64,000 nucleotides of DNA from Epiperipatus broadwayi (taxonomy: Eukaryota; Animalia; Onychophora), in assembly GCA_028023455.1 (NCBI GenBank), contig JAQFVV010000010.1, forward strand, positions 7,936,001-8,000,000, given 5' to 3'. Position numbers and translations under genes: made by a program. This document shows positions 40,796 to 52,939 of this stretch, piece by piece (the stretch's first letter is position 1; each line of letters starts with the position of its first letter). Under the pieces are notes generated by a model. That model saw nothing but the letters and a program-made list of their open reading frames with translations, ran no database searches and was not told where the DNA came from.

Positions 40796-41393
40796 TATTA
40801 AAAAATTATTAAGAATAAAATAAAAAATAAATGAAATAAAAATAATATATATATATGATTATAGGAAGTATTGATTGATAAATATAGAATATAGAAAAGC
40901 TGAAATACACAGGCTTATATATACCTGCGTCTATATATATAATAGACAGGGTATGAGCACAGACTTTCACATGACCCACCACTCTCCACACTATCTCATA
41001 ACACTGATACACCTGAACACACATATGTTGAAAAGATAAATAATCACCAATATACGTATTTCATGCTAAACCAGCAACCATCAGTTGGTCCAGATTACCA
41101 TCTCTACACATATATGCTACAAGTGCTCAGATATATATTAAGATAGCAAATTCTCCTACTTTAATAGACAGGCTTCAATCTACTCCACACTCCAACTCTT
41201 CAACCGTCCATCCAATTGAAAATCTGATGATGGAATGCTCAAAGGCCACCCTGAGGCTGAGATTATTGTCACACCCATGTTGACCTAAAGTCAATCTGAC
41301 CTCATGTACAGGACATAATCCATTAAATACATATACAAGGGATAGCAGACATCTCTAATATGTAATAGCTGAAATACACAGGCTTATATACAC

Positions 41394-41408
41394 GTGCTCT
41401 TCCGATCT
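41394..41408 (-). other. Illumina TruSeq adapter remnant (assembly/polishing artefact)
   Basis: GTGCTCTTCCGATCT is the reverse complement of AGATCGGAAGAGCAC. It replaces CTGCG in the paralogous positions (40925, 42008). Confidence 0.85.
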
Positions 41409-42319
41409 TCTATATATGTAATAGACAGGGTATGAGCACAGACTTTCACATGACCCACCACTCTCCACACTATCTCATAACACTGATACACCTGAACACA
41501 CATATGTTGAAAAGATAAATAATCACCAATATACGTATTTCATGCTAAACCAGCAACCATCAGTTGGTCCAGATTACCATCTCTACACATATATGCCATA
41601 AGTGCTCAGATATATATTAAGATAGCAAATTCTCCTACTTTAATGGACAGGCTTCAATCTACACCACACTCCAACTCTTCAACCATCCATCCAATTGAAA
41701 ATCTGATGATGGAACACTCAATTGGATGGACGGTGGAAGAGTTGGAGTGTGGAGTAGATTGAAGCCTGTCCATTAAAATAGGAGAATTTGCTATCTTAAT
41801 ATATATCTGAGCACTTGTAGCATATATGTGTAGAGATAGTAATCTGGACCAACTGATGATTGCTGGTTTAGCATGAAATACGTATATTGATGATTATTTA
41901 TCTTTTCAACATATGTGTGTTCAGGTGTATCAGTGTTATGAGATAGTGTGGAGAGTGGTGGGTCATGTGAAAGTCCGTGCTCATACCCTGTCTATTACAT
42001 ATATAGACGCAGGTATATATAAGCCTGTGTATTTCAGCTATTACATATTGGAGATGTCTGCCTATCCCTTGTATATGTATTTAATGGATTATGTCCTGTA
42101 CATGAGGGGTCAGATTGACTTTAGGTCAACATGGGTGTGACAATAATCTCGGCCTCAGGGTGGCCTTTGAGCATTCCATCATCAGATTTTCAATTGGATG
42201 GATGGTTGAAGAGTTGGAGTGTGGAGTAGATTGAAGCCTGTCCATTAAAGTAGGAGAATTTGCTATCTTAATATATATCTGAGCACTTGTAGCATATATG
42301 TGTAGAGATGGTAATCTGG

Positions 42320-42363
42320 ACCAACTGATGATTGCTGGTTTAGCATGAAATACGTATATTGGT
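42320..42363 (+). ncRNA. Minimal type-I hammerhead motif (family 1) with perfectly palindromic stem III
   Basis: ACCAA CUGAUGA UUGCU-GGUUU-AGCAU GAAA UACGUAU A UUGGU. AUACGUAU is self-complementary. The first pair of stem II is a U-U mismatch. Confidence 0.7.
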
Positions 42364-42649
42364 GATTATTTATCTTTTCAACATATGTGTGTTCAGGTGT
42401 ATAAGTGTTATGAAATAGTGTGGAGAGTGGTGGGTCATGTGAAAGTCTGTGCTCGTACCCTGTCTATTACAAATATAGAAAAGATAAAAATGCATAATAT
42501 ATAAAAGATAATAATTATATAGAGAGGTCTACAAAGATATAAGTGGGTATATAAATAATGATTATAAGATAGAATATATGTATATAAATAAAATGTAAAA
42601 TTATATGTTCATGTATATTTGTATTCATGTATTAGTATTGTGTTTGTTA

Positions 42650-42693
42650 TAGTTCTGAAGAAAATTGGTAAGGCACTCGAAACTGTCAATAGT
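42650..42693 (+). ncRNA. PLE-type hammerhead-like motif (family 3)
   Basis: CUGAAGA...GAAA CUG U C. The partner copy at 37891-37934 (minus) has a better stem II but a CUGAAAA core. Stems are weak. Confidence 0.45.
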
Positions 42694-44299
42694 GGGTTGT
42701 AAAAAAGCATTGTAAAAAGTAATAAAAAACATAAATGATATTAATATTATATGGATTTAGCAATGCAATAAGAAAGATAAAGTTATAATATTTTAATAAT
42801 ACTTATAGACAGATAATAATTTAAAAAGAACAGTAGTGTAGTTATTAACAATTCAAGAGATACAACACATAAATTATATATAAACAGTGTACCCTGCTGG
42901 AAAAACATTTTGTCCTTACTTTAAAATGTAAAAAAATAACGACAACTTTTTGCCTCGGTTTTGTGAAAAAAAGTATTTTTGATATTTTTGATGTCAATAT
43001 TTTTTTCTTTAGTTTATTTTAAACATTTGGATTAAGAGCAGTAAATGACTTTATTTATTCAAATTGTAAACAGTAAAACAAATTTAAAATTGTTTATTAG
43101 TCACAATATTAGTAACAAAATAAGTTTTTTAACCTGGAATTGATGATAAATGAAGCCTATGTTATTTATAAAATGTTATTAAAATCTCTAAATATTCCAA
43201 AAATATTTTAACAATAACATTACTTGTGAAGAAAAAGACAATTTGAAAAGATAAGAGGCATGATTCATTATTAATCCAAAATACACGAATTAGCATCCTG
43301 ATAGTATTAAAATAATTAAAAATTAAAATTTTAATGAATTTTAATTTTTGCCTGCAAAGCCTAACAGATTGATCAAAAGTGAACAATTATGAATAGACAT
43401 GCTTTATAGAATTAAAAGAAGCTGAAATATAATATGAATTAATTTCCTTCTATTGAGTGATGAATAGAACATGAATTAAAAGTTACTGCATATAAGATTG
43501 GCTCTGTAATGACCTAATCAAGCCTCAGTTTGAATAAGGCAGGAAGTGCTATTATTTTCAAAATCACCATTGAATGAATTATCTATTAGAATATTGTTTG
43601 ATTTTGATGCTAATGAATTTTAAACTAGTATAAAGAATCTTATAGTCTCTGAAAATCAGAAAAACATAGAATATTCAGAAAAATTAATTCACAATATATT
43701 TTTCTGGATATTTTAAAACAATCCAAATACATACTGATTTATATAGACTAAAGGGTAATTTTTCTTTATGTAAAGTCTATAAATGTGTAAAAATTCGTGA
43801 CACATTGCTTGTTTTATTCTGTAAAAATTTAGCATTGATTATTAATCAGTAAATATAAGAAATGTCAAATTCAGTTGATTAATATCAGTTTTAGCCTTTT
43901 TGAATTATGTGATTTTGTTTCCATTTCTTTTATTTGAATTAGTATATACAAGCGCTTTAAAACACTGGTTGAAGAAGCTGTTAATAGTAAACAATCAAAA
44001 TGAGTTAATCAAGGCTAAGTGCTTTTGAGGTGTTATCCTTCATAATCATAGCCCAAATAGTAATAGTTGTGTGATATTATTAAATGGCAATATATGCAAC
44101 TGTATATGTAAATTAATCAGCTTGTCCATTTGCTAGAGATAGTGAAGCATGTGTCGCATTTATTAATTGCGTTATTATCATTGATGATAAAATACATATC
44201 TTTTATCTTTCTTTTGCAGTGGTTAGTTTCAGTGTACACAATTTTGGGGTTGGATAGTTTGAACCTATATGAGTTTGTCAAATTGTTGAATATATATAT

Positions 44300-46118
44300 T
44301 GTAACAGAAATGGTTTTTTGGCAGTGGTTCGGAGTGGTTTGATTTTTATGTTTGTATTATTTTTTTTATTTCTTTTTATTTTTCACTTACATTTTATTAT
44401 TTATTATCAATTTAGCTATTGCCAAAATATCCCGGCTTGGTCTCCAACTGTAATGGATATTGTTTATTTAGTTTAGTTTTACTATGAATTTATCGATCAT
44501 TAATTAATTAATTAACCAACACCGTTACAATGCAAGTAGAGAGCAAATACCAGATACAAATTTACTTCCTATCTGTACCCTTGACCGGACCCCGAGGCAA
44601 TATGTACATATTATCTTGGCATTATTTTTCCTGATCAAGAACCCTCAGCTGCTGGACACAGCAAACTATTTCCAAGAAATTTAACAAATGTCCAGTGCTT
44701 GCTATTATATTTTTATAATTGGGAGATTCTCACAAACAAGCAGCACATGAATGCTTTAAAAATCAGCCTTACTCTTTAATCAATAAATTACAGCCCCCCC
44801 CCCTGTCATAGCTTGGTGATAGGAGAATAAAGCAAGCATGCAATTTAAGAATAAATATGTTTAATAACACTTACACACATATATAAAAAAATACACACTT
44901 ATATAAATTACATAGCAATGATAAAATAGAGTAAAACACATTGAATATTAAAGTTACATATTTAAACTCTCCTGAAGTTCTATTGGGCAGAGTTCTAAGT
45001 CTATCAAGATTATTCCTTCCTAATTAGATTTTATTGTTTAGTTCTTTCCTCCTTTATTTATTTACAAATATTAAAAAAAAAACACAAAAGTGCACGCATT
45101 GGTTTGATAACCTAGGTTTTCGGTGTAGTTGTTCCCATGGGCCGTCTTTACGAGTGCTCATTACTGACCAGTGGGAGGTCATCCCTTTTTTTGTAAAGAC
45201 GGTATGTCCTTCACACTGTCGGCTGAATTGATTTCTCTTTGAATTTGATTTTTGTTATTTTCTCATTCCAGATCTTAATTCTTCTTGATTCTTTAAGTAG
45301 TTTTTAAATCGTTCAGTTACAGAAGTGGCGATCTCTCTAGCAGGTCAGGCATAGCTCTTATACATCATGAGTCAGTGGTCAGACAGGTTGAGTACAAACC
45401 CACATCCCCTTAACGCCACTAGCTGTGCACTTCTTTCATTTCTTTTTTTTTGCTGCTGTTTCTTCAAAATCTCTACTCGTAATAATCTGATAAGTGTAAT
45501 TCTTGTCTTACTGTCCTTTCTTTTGTTCATTGTTTCTGTAAATTTTTAATTAATTCTTCAATTTCCAATGAATTCTTATCAACATATATCTTTAATTACT
45601 GGCTGGAATGTAAGTTTTAATTAATCGAACTATAATTATAAAGCTTTTCCTTCATATACATTCTTCTTTGTCCGTGGAATTCAATTAGTCCAACAGACAT
45701 TCACACCTCTAATTTGTATGGCCATATTGTTTTTATATTATATATTTCATTTAATTTTTACTTAAAGTTTATAATTCATTTTTTCAAGTTTATGTTTACA
45801 ATTTATTTTACTTATCACAATAGTTTTTATGCGAGAAAAAAGATGCATTTCTTTATGCATCCCCTTCCCCTCTCCCACAATAAACTAAAATAACTTTCAA
45901 GCATTCAACTAGCTTGTTGTTTTTAAAGAGAGAAAGAGACGCATTTCTTTATGCACCCCCCTCCCCTTCTCTTACTATTAAAAAAAATCAAAAGTAATTT
46001 CGACATTTCTGAATCTCAATTTTTTTCTTTTCTTTCTTTTTTAATTTCTAGTAGCTAACTTATCTACCTTTAGTAATAAATATATACATGTGATGACTTT
46101 ACGTGGTCATCAATTACA
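44300..46118 (-). repeat. 3' LTR (~1819 bp)
   Basis: Plus strand TGTAACAGAAATGG...GGTCATCAATTACA, collinear with 49151-50937. Confidence 0.92.
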
Positions 46119-46132
46119 CTCCACCCACTTTT
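46119..46132 (-). other. Polypurine tract
   Basis: Minus strand AAAAGTGGGTGGAG immediately precedes the 3' LTR. Confidence 0.65.
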
Positions 46133-47430
46133 GAGAATTAAAATCGGGTTGAATCTTAGTCTGAGATGAGAGTTTATTTTAATTTTTCGCTCTCAACTCT
46201 TACTTCTGCTTCTATTACATAATTTTCCACTCTATCATGATGAGTGATGATGATGATGAGGAAAACTGCAGAGAGACAGCTAGGTAAAACTACTCAATTC
46301 ATTCCGATCGATTTTGGCTGATCAACCAATTTAATCTCTATGCGTACGAGACCATGGCATAACTTAACTCTCTACCAAAAAACATAAAAGGGATTAAAAA
46401 TAAATTGAAAGTATGCTAGCCTTTCTCACATGCGCAATTATAACAGAGAAAGCCAATCAGATTTTAAACAGATATCTAATAAATAAAAAAAAAGGGATTA
46501 AAGCGTTTGAACAGCAGGATATTTCTACTGCCTGTTCATCTTGCACAAAGACAAATTCTTATTTCCTTATTTCTTTATTTTATTTATTTTGAGACAATAA
46601 TTCTTATTATATTTTGCATGGCTGGGAATTTCATCCAACAGAGATAATGAGCCCAGAATTCTGACTGGTGCTTCATTTAAAAGTTTTACCACCGTAAGCC
46701 ATGTGAATCTACAGTTAGTGAAGAGACAGCTGAATCAAGCTCAAAATATGACCCAAACATAATGCATCCACACACACATATATGCCTCAATCTGCAACCT
46801 CATACACCTATTAGTGATATCTATCATTTATGTATTATCACTATTATTCATTTATTTTATTTTATTAATTATTAACTGGCTCATTAATGAGCCTAAACAA
46901 TTCTTATTTCTACTTTTATTTATTTGCTAATTATATCTGCATTTACAACTGACAGATCGTTGCACGAATAAATTACTTACATATTTCTCTCCCCCCCCTT
47001 TTTTTTGTTATTACTTTTATTTATGACCTTTGTCCCGTTGTGCTTGACTGCACAAAAATTGTCCATTAAATTAATCATTGATAGAACACTCCGTGAATGT
47101 TTTTTTTATTTACTTATTATTGTAACTTTAATTATTTGTCATAAGATGATTTGCCCCACCTGTCATATGTTTTAAAAAATCAACTTTATTTCTCATGATT
47201 CTATGATGTTACCCATTTCATCACCGACATATCTGTCTGTTTATTTTCTTTAAGCATAGTTTTTATCTGGAAGCTTCTTATCATTCTTTCTACTATACAT
47301 ATATCCACTTGTGCATAATTTAGATCTGAACCTATTCCAGTCTGCCCTGACATTTTAGCTCTTTCTGATCTAACAGGAAATGCCTGGTTTCCTTCCCAAT
47401 AATCATGATGAGGATTGAATTGCATCCTTC

Positions 47431-48723
47431 CTATGTGCGGATCATTGGGCTGGAGTTTAAATTCCCAATCCTCCACCTTGTAATTAGGCCTAGTGCTGTC
47501 AAACACGCATTCAGCAACTCAGCAACCTGCTCGACAGTCTTTCTTTCTGTGCCTATGAGCATCTGTTCTACATTATGGGGGAAATTGTGCCTTGTTATTC
47601 TGATGATTTGTTTCTCTGACAAAGGATGGGCTGTTAGCACCCGTAACTTCACCACTTGGTGATGGAAAAATGGGGTGAATGGCTCCCCAGGCCTCCATTT
47701 GTCTTGTGTTGTCCGATGTAGAATATTTTCCTGATGATCTTCACTCCAGTAGCTGGCAAGCAAGGCCTCCTTATACTCCATAAATGTATTTGGTTTGTTA
47801 AATAATGAATCCAACCATGATTGCGAGGCACCTTGTAGATGACTACACGCAATGGCGATCATGGCCTCGTCACTCAGCTGGTTTACCACAAAATACCTCT
47901 CTAGGCTACCAAGATGCTCTATTGGGCTTTCCCTGACATAACTAGGGGAGACCCAAATTTTTAAAAACTGATTCACTGTAGCAGGGTTCATAGGGTTACT
48001 TCCACTGCCTGTGTACATGCACTCACACACACCTCTCTGTTCTTTACTATTAGTCTTGGCTACTTCTGTCTCATTCTCCCTTTCCCCTACCTTTATTTCT
48101 ATCTTCTCAACTGTTCCTGCTAACTGATTGATGCCTATCCTCATATTTTCTATGATTTTCTCATTTTCATTCGCTATAGTTTCTAATTTCTCATCTTGTT
48201 CTGTTTTCAAATTTTCTACTTCTTGACCCTTTGTTTCCAGCTTATCTTTTACATACTCCATCTCATCATTTACTTTCAACTCAACACCATGTTTTACTTT
48301 AACCCACTCTCCCAGAAAGTGCTGCTCTATTCTCCCCAGTAGTTCCTCCTGGTGATTCAACCTTTCATTCACCCCCTTCACCAGATATGAGGTTTGTTCA
48401 CATTTTTCATTTACTTCTTCAACCTTTTGGCTAAAATTCTTACTTAGCCATTCATCCAACTCTTCTATCCTCCTACTATTTCTTTCATCCTTTTCCCTCA
48501 TTTCCATAGCCAACTGTTGCTGGCTTTCCATTATTTTCTTAAACATATCCATTATAATATAGCTTTCTATTTTATTTTTATCATCAACCATTGTCTCCAT
48601 TCCCTTTCTAATTTCTATATCTCCTTCACTAGCTATTTCTCCAGACAGTTCCATTTGTCCTTCAGAAGTTTTTTCTACTTCACCCACTGGAGCATCCATT
48701 TTTGTTTTTGATCTCGTGTGCAT
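47431..48723 (-). CDS. Gag (coiled-coil N-terminus plus retrotransposon capsid domain); continues after a frameshift to 47201
   Basis: Likely start MHTRSK at 48723. Capsid-like PIEHLGSLERYF...LSDEAMIAIACSHLQGASQSW...YWSEDHQ...PLSEKQII. A second frame (47506-47201) extends it by ~100 aa. No CCHC knuckle or protease motif seen. Confidence 0.85.
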   Translation of the reverse strand: MHTRSKTKMDAPVGEVEKTSEGQMELSGEIASEGDIEIRKGMETMVDDKNKIESYIIMDMFKKIMESQQQLAMEMREKDERNSRRIEELDEWLSKNFSQKVEEVNEKCEQTSYLVKGVNERLNHQEELLGRIEQHFLGEWVKVKHGVELKVNDEMEYVKDKLETKGQEVENLKTEQDEKLETIANENEKIIENMRIGINQLAGTVEKIEIKVGERENETEVAKTNSKEQRGVCECMYTGSGSNPMNPATVNQFLKIWVSPSYVRESPIEHLGSLERYFVVNQLSDEAMIAIACSHLQGASQSWLDSLFNKPNTFMEYKEALLASYWSEDHQENILHRTTQDKWRPGEPFTPFFHHQVVKLRVLTAHPLSEKQIIRITRHNFPHNVEQMLIGTERKTVEQVAELLNACLTALGLITRWRIGNLNSSPMIRT

Positions 48724-49130
48724 CAAATCTGTCAAAATCACACACACTAATCACTTATATTTTATATTACGGCTTTACTATTCTAACCCTCTCCTTACAA
48801 GATTATCTTACTCTATTTACTTTATATTTTACTGACACTAACTATGTTTGTTTGACTCATTCCTGTCTTACTCACTAATTCTCACTCCCCATGCCTGCCT
48901 TCAAGACCCCTCCACAACTGTCTCCAATTTATGATCTAACTTCCCAAATTATATCATGTTCTCTTTCTCTTCTTTTTCCCCTTTATTATTTTATTTATTT
49001 CTTGCTTTTGTCTACCACCAAGCTTTCTTTCCCTTTTTTTTAATTTTTATTTTAACTTTATTTACTGTGTAATCTATTTCCCCTTTCCGTACTCAAAAAT
49101 TCAAGTGGGCTGAACTTGTAAACGTGAAAT

Positions 49131-49148
49131 ATCCTGGACTGGCCCCCA
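49131..49148 (-). other. Primer-binding site, tRNA-Pro-like
   Basis: Minus strand TGGGGGCCAGTCCAGGAT lies 2 nt after the 5' LTR. It is 15/18 identical to the canonical tRNA-Pro PBS TGGGGGCTCGTCCGGGAT. Confidence 0.75.
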
Positions 49149-49150
49149 AT

Positions 49151-50937
49151 TGTAACGGAAACGGTTTTTTGGCAGTGGTTTGATTTTTATGTTTGTATTA
49201 TTTTTTATTTCTTTTTATTTTTCACTTACATTTTATTATTTATTATCAATTTAGTTATTGCTGAAATATCCTGGCCGGCTTGGCCTCCAACTGTAATGGA
49301 TATTGTTTATTTAGTTTAGTTTTACTACGAATTTATCGATCATTAATTAATTAAACCAACGCCATTACAATGCAAGCAGAGAGCAAATACAGATACAAAT
49401 TTACTTCGTATCTGTACCCTTGACCAAACCCCGAGGCAATATGTACATATTATCTTGGCATTATTTTTGCCGATCAAGAACCCTCGGCTGCTGGACAAAG
49501 CAAACTATTTCCAAGAAATTTAACAAATGTCCAGTGCTTGCTATTTATATTTTTATAATTGGGAGATTCTCACAAACAAGCAGCACACAAATGCTTTAAA
49601 AATCAGCCTTACCCTTTAATCAATAAATTACATCCCCCTATCATAGCTTGGTGATAGGAGAATAAAGCAAGCATGCAATTTAAGAATAAATATGTTTAAT
49701 AACACACACACATATATATAAAAAATACATAATAACAATAAAAATATACACTTATATAAATTACATAGCAATGATAAAATAGAGTAAAACACATTGAATA
49801 TTAAAGTTACGTATTTAAGCTCTCCTGAAGTTCTATTAGGCAGAGTTCTAAGTCTATCAAGATTATTCCTTCCTAATTAGATTTTATTGTCTAGTTCTTT
49901 CCTACTTTATTTATTTACGAATATAAAAAAAAAACACAAAGTGCATGCATTGGTTTGATTACCTAGGTTTTCGTTGTAGTTGTTCCCATGGGCCGTCTTT
50001 ACGAGTGCTCGTTACTGTCCAGTGGGAGGTCATCCCTTTTTTTGTAGAGACGATATGTCCTTCACACTGTTGGCTGAATTGATTTCTCTTTGAATTTGAT
50101 TTTTGTTATTTTCTCGTTCCAAATCTTAATTCTTCTTGATTCTTTAAGTAGTTTTTAAATCGTTCAGTTACAGAAGCGGCGATCTCTCTAGCAGGTCAGG
50201 CATAGCTCTTATACATCATGAGTCAGTGGTCAGATAGGTTGAATACGAACCCACATCCCCTTAATGCCACTAGCCACACACTTATTTCATTTCTTCTTTT
50301 TTTTAGTTGCTGCTTCTTCAAAATCTCTACTCATAATAATCTGATAGGTGTAATTCTTGTCTTACTGTCCTTTCTTTTGTTCATTGTTTTCTGTAAATTT
50401 TTAATTAATTCTTCAATTTCCAACAAATTCTTATCAACAAATTAATCGAACTATAATTATAAAGCTTTTCCTTCATATGCATTCTTCTTTGTCCGTGGAA
50501 TTCAATTAGTCCAACAGACATTCACACCTCTAATTTGTACAGCCATATTGTTTTTATATTATATATTTCATTTAATTTTTACTTAAAGTTTATAATTCAT
50601 TTTTTCAAGTTTATGTTTACAATTTATTTTACTTATCACAATAGTTTTTATGCGAGAAAAAAGACGCATTTCTTTATGCATCCCCTTCCCCTCTCCCATA
50701 ATAAACAGAAATAACGTTCAAGCATTCAACTAGCTCGTTGTTTTTAAAGAGAGAAAGAGATGCATTTCTTTATGCACCCCCCTCCCCTTCTCTTATTATT
50801 AAAAAAAATCAAAAGTAATTTCGACATTTCTGAATCTCAACTTTTTTCTTTTCTTTCTTTTTTAATTTCTAGTACTACCATACCTACCTTTAGTAATAAA
50901 TATATACGTGTGACTACGACTTTATGTGGTCATCACA
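49151..50937 (-). repeat. 5' LTR (~1787 bp)
   Basis: Plus strand TGTAACGGAAACGG...TGGTCATCACA. Confidence 0.92.
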
Positions 50938-51506
50938 ATATATATATATAACTATAAAATATTAAATAATAACATTTTAAATTAATATGAAAATATAATG
51001 AAAATGAATAGAATGACATAGATAAATAAATCAACCACACTACATTAATCAAATTTCCAACTTATTCATATAGGTTTAGATGTAACTATAGCTAATTTTT
51101 CTAAAAGTGTTAAAATTCAGGAGTACAGTTAATAGTAATGCCAGATTTAAATATGGCATGATCACTTATGAAATCATATCTAATTAGAAGATAAAGACAC
51201 TGGCTTATTTTTAATAATCGTTATGTTGATAATCAAATATAAATCAATAATAAAAAATATTAAATAATAACTTTGCATATCATTAAATATATATAAAATA
51301 GAGTACAGATGACCAAGTATTTATTTAGCCATAATGGAGAGTCATGTCCATTTTATTTTCAATTCTGTGAAATCATGTGATTGAAATATCTGCTTATAAA
51401 AATGTAAAACTTAATAAAAAAATTCTAGAAAATATCTTTCTAATATATTAATTTAAAAAATTATGATTTTATAAAAAGGTATAATTTGAAACAAACTTTT
51501 TAGTTA

Positions 51507-51626
<120 letters not shown>

Positions 51627-52559
51627 TTATTTACAATGAATATCAAATGTTTCTGTATGAATTACAATTACACATTTTTGTTTAAATTTTGTTTTCTTTA
51701 CAAAAATCATGAAAGAAAACAAACAAACTAAATGACTAAGAATAATCATTAATATATTTATCTAAAGGGGATGGTTTCAGAGATATTTATTCAAAAAGTT
51801 TGGCAATTGTGATCAAATTAGAATGATGTAATATTGATAAATACTTAACAAATAATGAAGATGTATAAAACCTTAAGATCTGTGTCAACAAAAGACTATT
51901 GGAGGTCATGTATTTTATCCATATTTATGTATTCACATGCTTCAAGAATGTATGGTGAAATGACAAAGTACATTAAATTTGTGATTTTGCTTGGGGTAAT
52001 ACATTAAAATGTGAATCATCTACATAATGAAAGAAAGATAATAATTAGATGATATTCTAGAGGTTCTATTAAATAAGCTCACTAATGATATTTTTGAAGT
52101 TGCTGGCAAAAACATTTGGGAATATTGTGAAAAACAAAAAAAAAGGTAATCTGAATATTTCTTTAGATTAAACTTAGTGGAGTTTAGGTTAATTTGTCCA
52201 ACTCTCAGATTAAAATTGTCCTATTTTAGTCATTTTAGGAAATATTTTAATGATTCATTATTAAAGTACACAATACCATGAAATATGTACGGTAAAAAAA
52301 AGGAAAGACTAACAAGATGGAGTGGATGGATTTCATCATTATATAGTTTAAAAATCAAGCAGATGAAAACATTCTGGATAAATACCATATATATATATCT
52401 GAATATTAGGAATAAAACAGATTTAATGACATATAATAATAATTATTATTATTATTCATCAATTCAATATTTATTAAGTGCACTTCTGCTTTAACATAAA
52501 TACACTAGTTATAAACAAAATATTAATAATTACAAAATTATTTGTTATAAACAAGAACA

Positions 52560-52870
52560 CATTGTATACATATCATTTTATATATATTAATATTTACAAA
52601 TTTAAATTGATTCAAAATATTTCTAAATTTAAGATCTGAATATTGACTCATTGTAAATCGAAAGATTTCGTGAATGTTAATGTGTAACAGAAATAGTGGA
52701 CTTAATCAGTGAATAATTTATTAGCTTCAAGCTCCTAAATCAAAATGCTTTAGATTTGCCTATATAATTAGAAAAATAGGTTGAAGATAAGAGTGGCCAC
52801 TTTTATCTTTATAATGTCGAATCTTGTGTTAAGATTTGTAGAAATCTCTCTTGTAATAAAATTCGTTTTT
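52560..52870 (-). repeat. Family X dispersed repeat copy
   Basis: The reverse complement matches 9720-10010. Confidence 0.65.
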
Positions 52871-52939
52871 AACGTTAGTAATAAAACAATTACAAAAAAT
52901 ATCTACATTAATAAATTTTTGAATATATATTTTTTGGAT

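Larger units (their letters stand above)
40900..42471. mobile_element. 1572-bp palindromic insertion of hammerhead family 1 (two HHR-bearing units per arm) with 12-bp TSD
   Basis: Left arm is minus-sense (HHRs 41046-41089 and 41525-41568, period 479). Right arm is plus-sense (HHRs 41848-41891 and 42320-42363, period 472). The arms meet at CAATTG-21nt-CAATTG (41692-41724). TSD AATATAGAAAAG at 40888-40899 and 42472-42483. Confidence 0.88.
40795..42730 (+). mobile_element. Inverted copy of the 3' end (pLTR) of the 37860-40795 PLE, split by the family-1 palindrome
   Basis: 40795-40899 plus 42472-42730 equal the reverse complement of 38180-37860 (ATATGATTATAGGAAGTATTGATTGATAAATATAG; GTTTGTTATAGTTCTGAA...GAAACTGTCAATAGTGGGTTGT). 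Confidence 0.8.
44300..50937 (-). mobile_element. Gag-only (non-autonomous) Ty3/gypsy-like LTR retroelement, full structure
   Basis: Two ~1.8-kb direct LTRs with TG...CA ends, ATAT on both flanks (within an AT microsatellite), PBS, PPT, and a ~3.0-kb interior with gag but no pol. Confidence 0.92.

Noticed and set aside
41215-41250. Second CTGATGA motif on the antisense strand of family 1
   Set aside because: Followed by CAAAG rather than GAAA in every copy, with no stem I or III.
45125-45330. Integrase GPY/F-like peptide (GHTV...KDGPW) on the minus strand inside the LTRs
   Set aside because: Short open stretch flanked by stops with no HHCC or DDE motifs; similarity is too weak to support without a search.
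45367-45549. Hydrophobic ORF repeated in both LTRs (also 50218-50445)
   Set aside because: Recurrence simply reflects LTR identity. It is antisense to gag, and its length differs between LTRs because of indels.
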